From Bacteroidales bacterium (lineage in GTDB: Bacteria; Bacteroidota; Bacteroidia; Bacteroidales; VadinHA17): a stretch of DNA of 64,000 nt. The notes beneath the pieces were generated by a model. That model searched no databases and was not told the DNA's origin. It was given only the letters and a program-made list of their open reading frames with translations. Positions 58,526 through 64,000 of the stretch are shown here, in pieces; the stretch's first letter is position 1; every line of letters begins with the position of its first letter. The translations under genes were made by a program, and so were the position numbers. The stretch is from NCBI GenBank assembly GCA_038207725.1, contig JBBQZN010000010.1, positions 1,838 to 65,837 on the forward strand. Reading direction: 5' to 3'.

Positions 58526-59584
58526 TTATTTGGCTCTTAGATATTGATCGGGCCATGTTATATCGGCCGACAGTTCTTTTGCGGCAGTTAAGGGAAAGTA
58601 TGGATTCCTGAGCAGCTCCCTTCCTAAAAGAATAAGATCTGCTTTTTCTTCCTGAAGTATTGATTCAGCCTGAGTTGCACTTGTTATCAATCCAACAGTG
58701 CCGGTAAGTATTCCGCTCTTTCGAACAGCGTCGGAGAGAGGAACCTGAAATCCGGGACCAACCGGAACTTTCGCATCGTGAATATTACCCCCTGAGGAGC
58801 AGTCAATCAGATCAACCCCCATTTGTTTTAATAAACCGGCAAGCTTCACACTTTCATCAATTGTCCACCCACCTTCAGTCCATTCGGTTGTGGAAATGCG
58901 CACAAAAAGAGGATTATAGTCCGGCCACACCGTTTTTACAGCATCAATCACTTCACACAATAGTCGTGTGCGATTCCCGAAAGAGTCACCATATTCATCG
59001 GTTCTGTGATTGCTTACCGGTGAAAGAAACTCCTGCAGAAGGTATCCGTGTGCGCTGTGAATTTCAATCACTTTAAAACCGGCAGACAGGGCTCGTGCAG
59101 CTGCAGCCTTAAATGCAGCTATGACTTTATTTATACCGTCTTTGTCAAGCGATAACGGGGGTCTGTCGCTTACCAGGAAAGGAATATTGGACGGGGCAAT
59201 TGTAAGCCAGCCTCCCTTATTCACATCAAGTTGTTTTCCCCCTTCAACAGGGATTGAGCAGGAGGCTTTTCTGCCGGCATGGGCCAGCTGTATGCCGGCA
59301 ACAGAACCGTGCCTGTGTATAAAATTCACGATCCGGCTTAATCCTTCAATATGGTCGTCGTTCCAGATTCCCAAATCGGCAGGAGTTATTCGTCCTTCGG
59401 GCAAGACTGCAGTTGCTTCAACGATAATAAGGCCTGTTCCTCCTACTGCCCTGCTTCCGTAATGTGTCAGGTGCCAGTTGTTTGCAACTCCGTCTTTTGC
59501 CGAATACTGGCACATTGGCGCCATAGCAATCCTGTTTTTAAGTGTGATGTTTTTTATTGTAAGTGGAGAAAACAGTTTTGACAT
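58526..59584 (-). CDS. Old Yellow Enzyme family NADPH dehydrogenase (NamA/YqjM-like)
   Basis: Motifs NRIAMAPMCQY and HSAHGYLLQEFLSP, with a C-terminal RELLRNPY. Confidence 0.9.
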   Translation of the reverse strand: MSKLFSPLTIKNITLKNRIAMAPMCQYSAKDGVANNWHLTHYGSRAVGGTGLIIVEATAVLPEGRITPADLGIWNDDHIEGLSRIVNFIHRHGSVAGIQLAHAGRKASCSIPVEGGKQLDVNKGGWLTIAPSNIPFLVSDRPPLSLDKDGINKVIAAFKAAAARALSAGFKVIEIHSAHGYLLQEFLSPVSNHRTDEYGDSFGNRTRLLCEVIDAVKTVWPDYNPLFVRISTTEWTEGGWTIDESVKLAGLLKQMGVDLIDCSSGGNIHDAKVPVGPGFQVPLSDAVRKSGILTGTVGLITSATQAESILQEEKADLILLGRELLRNPYFPLTAAKELSADITWPDQYLRAK

Positions 59585-59678
59585 AACTATGAAATATTAA
59601 CAATAAAACAATAAGTTTCCAAAGTTAAAGTTTAAATCCGTTTAAGCCATTATTACTTTACTCATCCGGACCAGAAAT

Positions 59679-60296
59679 TCAAACTTCCGACTTCCGACTT
59701 CGGGCTTCTGACTCATTCGACACAAATTTTTTTACCCAGTTTGATATAATATTAAAGCCTTCAGGTGTTAAAACTGATTCGGGATGAAATTGGACACTGC
59801 AGATATCATAATCCTTATGGCTCATTGCCATTATCTGTCCATTTTCATCAACAGCTTCTGTTTTAAGACATTGAGGAAGCGTGGCCGGATCGACAACCCA
59901 TGAATGATAGCGGCCCGCCTCTATTTTTTCAGGCAGCTCCTCAAACAAATAATGACGCGGATTACTGAATGTAACGGGGGTAGCGATTCCATGAAAAACC
60001 CTATCAAGGTTTATAAGTGTTCCTCCGAATACCTCAGCAATGGCCTGCTGTCCGAGGCATACGCCAAGAATTCTTTTCGTTGATTTATACCTGCTTATAA
60101 GAGGCAGTAATAATCCGGCTTTTGATGGAAGGCCCGGTCCGGGTGAAAGTATTATGCCGTCATATTTTTCACCGTCCTCAAGAGAAAGTTGGTCATTTAG
60201 AACAACATCTACCCGGTTATTTCCTGCGTTTTGAACATACTGAACGAGGTTATAAGTAAAAGAGTCGTAATTATCGAGTACAAGTATTTTTGCCAT
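59679..60296 (-). CDS. Glutamine amidotransferase component II of anthranilate or aminodeoxychorismate synthase (TrpG/PabA)
   Basis: Triad motifs GVCLGQQAI and VQFHPES. The roughly 13-aa C-terminal tail is encoded by a 7-bp tandem repeat. Confidence 0.85.
   Translation of the reverse strand: MAKILVLDNYDSFTYNLVQYVQNAGNNRVDVVLNDQLSLEDGEKYDGIILSPGPGLPSKAGLLLPLISRYKSTKRILGVCLGQQAIAEVFGGTLINLDRVFHGIATPVTFSNPRHYLFEELPEKIEAGRYHSWVVDPATLPQCLKTEAVDENGQIMAMSHKDYDICSVQFHPESVLTPEGFNIISNWVKKFVSNESEARSRKSEV
59683..59710. repeat. Degenerating 7-bp tandem repeat (acttccg acttccg acttcgg gcttctg)
   Basis: Read directly. It forms the last codons of the TrpG/PabA ORF. Confidence 0.7.
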
Positions 60297-60602
60297 ATTA
60301 ATTATGGTTTAACACAGGTTATTGCTTTTTAAGTGCGGTACGGAGAGCATCAAAAGAGGTGAGACTGCTGTGCTTAGCTTGCTCCCTTATCTTATTTTGA
60401 ATCAACGAGTCAAACTAATTCATTTTCATCTGTTTCTCTCTTGCGCAAATATATTGATTATTATAAAAACAGCAAGAGAGGTTAAAAAAGAGCGGTCTGC
60501 AATTCCTCTCGCGATTGCCGGGAGTTTTTACCCCAGTTTTTATTATATTTTTAAAGGGTGTTCATCGAATTAAAATTGATCATTATCTTTATAAAAAACA
60601 CT

Positions 60603-61862
60603 ATGGATAAGAGAACCTTTCTTAAGAGTGCCGGCATGGTTGGCTTAGGAGGTATGCTTGGCATTGATAGTCTTACAGAACTTGTCAGCAGGGTTGCTTC
60701 CATCTCTACATCTGAATTGGCCGGCGCGGAGGATTTCTGGGCCTCTGTACGAAAAGGCTATAAACTTAAGCCCGATTTTATTAATCTCGAAAACGGCTAT
60801 TATAATTATCTGCCCGAACAGGTTCTTGAAAAGTTTATCGGACATGTCAGAGAGGTTAATTATCAGGGTTCGTATTACATGCGTACAGTTCAGTTTGAAA
60901 ATAAAAAAGCTGTTGCTGCAAAGCTGGCAGTTCTTGCCGGCTGCCCTGCTGATGAGCTTATTATTACCCGGAATACAACGGAATCGCTCGACATGATTAT
61001 CGGCGGTCTTGACTGGAAGCCGGGCGATGAAGCTGTAATGGCAGAGCAGGATTATGGCGCAATGCTGGAGATGTTTAAACAGGTTGCAAAAAGACATGGT
61101 GTTGTAAATAAAGTGCTATCGGTTCCGAATCATCCTGTGAACGATGATGAAATTGTAAATCTCTATAAATCAGCCATTACAGATAAGACAAAACTTCTTA
61201 TGGTGTGTCATATGATCAATATTACAGGACAGATCCTGCCCATAAGGAAGATCTGTGATATGGCGCACGAAAGGGGAGTACAGGTGATGGTTGACGGGGC
61301 GCATGCATTTGCACATATTAAGTTCAATATTCCTGACCTGAATTGTGATTACTACGGAAGCAGTCTTCACAAATGGCTCAGTGTTCCGCTCGGTGCCGGA
61401 ATATTATATGTAAGGAAGGATAGAATTGCCGGGGTATGGCCTCTAATTGCTGAGGGAGAAAGAAAGCCTGATGATATTTCGAGGCTTAACCACATCGGAA
61501 CTCATCCTGTTCATACCGATCTTACCATATCCGATTCAATTGATTTTTATAATATTATCGGTGTGGAAAGGAAAGAAGCCCGGTTGCGGTTTTTACAAAA
61601 TTACTGGACATCAAAAGTAAGGGATCTGCCTAATGTAATTCTGAATACTCCGGCCGACCCGGCCCGTTCGTGCGCGATTGCAAACGCCGGAATAAGGAAC
61701 ATGAAACCGGGTGATATGTCAGACGCCTTATTCAACAAGTATAAAATTTATACCGCAGCTATCGACGATGCCGGAGTTCACGGGTGCAGGATTACCCCCA
61801 ATGTATATACGACAACAGAAGAACTCGATGTGCTCGTAAAGGCACTTAAAGAATTAAAATAA
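60603..61862 (+). CDS. Class V-fold PLP-dependent enzyme (isopenicillin-N-epimerase / cysteine-desulfurase-like) with a Tat-like signal
   Basis: N-terminus MDKRTFLKSAGMVGLGGMLG (a KR variant of the RRxFLK motif). The aminotransferase class V core includes SSLHKWL (PLP-Lys). The ATG at 60603 is preferred. Confidence 0.75.
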   Translation: MDKRTFLKSAGMVGLGGMLGIDSLTELVSRVASISTSELAGAEDFWASVRKGYKLKPDFINLENGYYNYLPEQVLEKFIGHVREVNYQGSYYMRTVQFENKKAVAAKLAVLAGCPADELIITRNTTESLDMIIGGLDWKPGDEAVMAEQDYGAMLEMFKQVAKRHGVVNKVLSVPNHPVNDDEIVNLYKSAITDKTKLLMVCHMINITGQILPIRKICDMAHERGVQVMVDGAHAFAHIKFNIPDLNCDYYGSSLHKWLSVPLGAGILYVRKDRIAGVWPLIAEGERKPDDISRLNHIGTHPVHTDLTISDSIDFYNIIGVERKEARLRFLQNYWTSKVRDLPNVILNTPADPARSCAIANAGIRNMKPGDMSDALFNKYKIYTAAIDDAGVHGCRITPNVYTTTEELDVLVKALKELK

Positions 61863-61885
61863 ACTCACCTTAAATAATACAAAAC

Positions 61886-62407
61886 ATGAGAAAGATCTTA
61901 TTATTATCCATCGCGATTTTGGTTTTGTCAACAGGATTGCGGGCACAGGATGCAGAAGCAAAACTTAAGGAAAAGGGAATAGTTCTGGCAACACCTTCGA
62001 GTCCGGTTGCAAATTATGTAAATGCAGTAAGGGTAGGCAATCTGTTATACCTGGCCGGCAAAGGTCCCACTAAACCTGATAATACAAATATAACCGGGAA
62101 AGTAGGCCGGGACCTGACAATAGAACAGGGTTATGAGGCAGCCCGCTTAACAGCCATAAATCATCTGGCAGTGATCAAAAATGAGCTGGGCTCGCTGAAT
62201 AAAGTAAAGAGAATTGTAAAAGTACTTGGCATGGTAAACTGCACTGAAGATTTCAAAGACCAGCCTAAAGTAATAAATGGGTACAGCGACATGATGGTTG
62301 AAATTTTCGGTGAGAAGGGAAAACATGCCAGGTCGGCAGTTGGCATGTATGCTTTACCTTTTAATATGGCAGTGGAGGTAGAGGTCATAGTTGAAATTGA
62401 ACAATAA
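61886..62407 (+). CDS. RidA/YjgF-family protein with a Sec-type signal peptide
   Basis: Signal MRKILLLSIAILVLSTGLRAQD, and a RidA-like C-terminus (ARSAVGMYALPFNMAVEVEVIVEI). Confidence 0.75.
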   Translation: MRKILLLSIAILVLSTGLRAQDAEAKLKEKGIVLATPSSPVANYVNAVRVGNLLYLAGKGPTKPDNTNITGKVGRDLTIEQGYEAARLTAINHLAVIKNELGSLNKVKRIVKVLGMVNCTEDFKDQPKVINGYSDMMVEIFGEKGKHARSAVGMYALPFNMAVEVEVIVEIEQ

Positions 62408-63065
62408 TTCTGTGTCTTCAACCGACTTGCATAAGATCACCGCGATCCGTTTTCTGAGCGAAGACGTCTTTGTTTTGCGATTCGACCGTGGAGGGATGGA
62501 ATTTAAACCGGGGCAGCATATTATTGTTGGTTTGGAAGAAGAACTGAATCAGCGCGAATACTCGGTTTATAGTGGAGAAAATGAAGATTACCTTGAAATA
62601 CTTGTCAGGGAAGTACCCGAAGGAAACGTCTCACTTCAATTAAAAAACTGTAAGCCGGGAGATTTTTTACAGGTTAACGGACCATTTGGATCTTACGGGA
62701 TTGAAAAATATGACCTGTTTTCAAAAACACACATATTCATTGCATCAGGTACGGGTATTTCTCCATTTCACAGCTTTGTAAGATCATATCCGGGAATTGA
62801 TTATACCATTTTTCATGGAGTCAGGTTCAATAATGAGGCTTATGAAAGTGAAGAATATGATCCACGGAGGTATTTTTTATGTACCTCGAAAGAAGGCAGC
62901 AAAGATCATAAAGGAAGGGTTACACGGTTTTTGCCCGCCTTCCCTGTGAAATCTGATATGTTGTTTTATTTATGCGGAAACAACAACATGATTTACGAGG
63001 TGAGCCATATATTAAGAGACAAATCTGTGCCTGCAGAAAAAATACTGACAGAGGTGTATTTCTGA
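62391..63065 (+). CDS. Ferredoxin-NADP reductase-type FAD/NAD(P)-binding oxidoreductase
   Basis: FAD motif REYSVYS and NAD(P) motif FIASGTGISPF, with a C-terminal EVYF. The start is uncertain (TTG at 62391 or 62427). Confidence 0.75.
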   Translation: MKLNNNSVSSTDLHKITAIRFLSEDVFVLRFDRGGMEFKPGQHIIVGLEEELNQREYSVYSGENEDYLEILVREVPEGNVSLQLKNCKPGDFLQVNGPFGSYGIEKYDLFSKTHIFIASGTGISPFHSFVRSYPGIDYTIFHGVRFNNEAYESEEYDPRRYFLCTSKEGSKDHKGRVTRFLPAFPVKSDMLFYLCGNNNMIYEVSHILRDKSVPAEKILTEVYF

Positions 63066-63076
63066 TGTTTTCGCCC

Positions 63077-63838
63077 CTAAAGCTCAATCCCCACAGGGCA
63101 ATGATCAGATCCCTCGATGTTCTCGAGGATAAATGCGTTTTTCACAAAAAGAAGGAAGGATTCGCTTGTAAGAAAATAATCGATTCTCCAGCCCACGTTC
63201 TTTGTTCGTGCTCCGGCCCTGTAACTCCACCACGAGTATCTGTTTGTCTCTTCAGGATGCAGGTGGCGAAAAGTATCTGCCAGTCCTCCGTTAATAAACC
63301 TGTCCATACCGTCAATCTCCTCCTGCATATAGCCCGCATATTTATTGTAGTTCTCTTTCGGACGAGCCAGGTCAATTGGTTTGTGTGCAACATTCAGGTC
63401 GCCGCAAACAATTACAGGCTTTGTTTTTTCAAGACCTTTCAGAAAGGCAAAAAAGGAGTTATCCCACTCCTGTCTGTAACCTAGCCTCTTAAGCTCACTG
63501 CCTGAATTAGGGACATATACGTTCACGAGAAAAAAAGAGTCATATTCCAGACACAATACCCGTCCTTCTGTATCGTGCTTATTATCATTAATCCCTTTTG
63601 TGACACTCAGAGGTTTGATTTTTGAGATAATGGCCGTGCCTGAGTAACCGGGTTTTTCAGCAGAATTTGAATAGATATGATATTCTTTCAGAGGAGCAAG
63701 TACTTCGGCAACCTGGTGTTCCTGGGCTTTTGTTTCCTGAAGACACAGGATGTCAGTTCCAAGAATCTCAAGATCAGTAAAAAATGATTTTTTTGCTATG
63801 GCGCGTATTCCGTTTACATTCCAGGATATGATTTTCAT
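63077..63838 (-). CDS. xth: Exodeoxyribonuclease III
   Basis: Motifs IISWNVNGIRA, LCLQETK, GDLNVAH and SDHCPV. Confidence 0.95.
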   Translation of the reverse strand: MKIISWNVNGIRAIAKKSFFTDLEILGTDILCLQETKAQEHQVAEVLAPLKEYHIYSNSAEKPGYSGTAIISKIKPLSVTKGINDNKHDTEGRVLCLEYDSFFLVNVYVPNSGSELKRLGYRQEWDNSFFAFLKGLEKTKPVIVCGDLNVAHKPIDLARPKENYNKYAGYMQEEIDGMDRFINGGLADTFRHLHPEETNRYSWWSYRAGARTKNVGWRIDYFLTSESFLLFVKNAFILENIEGSDHCPVGIEL

Positions 63839-63885
63839 AGGTTTAATTATGATAAGGTATAAAAGTAGTTACTTAGAAGAAACAA

Positions 63886-63899
63886 TCAACAATTGTTAA
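63886..63899. repeat. Palindrome variant TCAACAATTGTTAA upstream of xth
   Basis: 13/14 identity to the palindrome at 45672-45685. The 10-bp core AACAATTGTT is perfect. Confidence 0.5.
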
Positions 63900-64000
63900 T
63901 GTTTTCAATGTTCGTTGTATACTATTTCTTTAACCACCACCCTGTACGCACTTATGCTCCGCGATTTTTTAATTTTCTTAAGACCTTTTGGAGAGCCGGG

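Noticed and set aside
60322-60573. 83-aa TTG-initiated ORF in the 300-bp gap between trpG/pabA and the PLP enzyme gene.
   Set aside because: It has an unusual start, no recognisable motifs and a low-complexity hydrophobic composition. The region contains a 9-bp-stem hairpin (60436-60444 / 60472-60480) and reads better as regulatory DNA. A small protein is not excluded.
1-64000. I looked for CRISPR arrays, transposases, integrases, prophage genes, toxin-antitoxin or defence-type gene clusters, tRNA genes and rRNA genes.
   Set aside because: I saw no regularly spaced direct repeats, no recombinase or transposase-like ORF translations, and no tRNA T-loop/acceptor or rRNA-like sequence. The window reads as core chromosome.

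Overview
This 64-kb window looks like an ordinary chromosomal region of a Bacteroidota-like bacterium. Supporting signs are AT-rich intergenic DNA, TAnnTTTG-type -7 promoter boxes, a TPR/DUF4292/M23 envelope cluster and a TonB-dependent receptor with a CarboxypepD_reg-type N-terminus. All protein calls rest on reading motifs in the supplied ORF translations; no searches were run. I support about 57 protein genes. I recognised no rRNA, tRNA, CRISPR array, transposase or integrase. The left 15 kb is an aerobic respiration island. It holds an exported Fe/Mn superoxide dismutase and a copper-handling set (HMA lipoprotein, DoxX, SCO1) fused to a caa3-type cytochrome c oxidase operon (ctaD-ctaE-ctaF-ctaC-ctaB). 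This operon converges on a complete Alternative Complex III operon (actABCDEF). The rest is housekeeping: lspA, a polyprenyl synthase, pfk, uvrC, ade, mnmG, ybeY, pheS, ruvB, nadA, rpiB, hemW, a purF-like gene, mntH, pdxH, xth and others, mixed with exported enzymes of unclear role. I did not find a convincing novel multi-gene system such as a defence or secretion system. The most interesting signals are cis-acting. (1) Two parS centromere-like sites sit at the 3' ends of mnmG and uvrC, one inside a perfect 26-bp palindrome, which argues that the window is origin-proximal. (2) An 813-bp ORF-free, AT-rich gap lies between divergent nadA and rpiB. It carries repeated TTAACAATTGTTAA palindromes and a few DnaA-box-like 9-mers, so it may be an oriC or a regulatory hub. 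(3) The nadA leader has two mutually exclusive hairpins, the second followed by a U-run, which looks like an attenuator or riboswitch. Smaller oddities are a PurF-like protein with Ser in place of the catalytic Cys1, a Tat-like exported PLP enzyme paired with an exported RidA, and several short dispersed GC-rich repeats.
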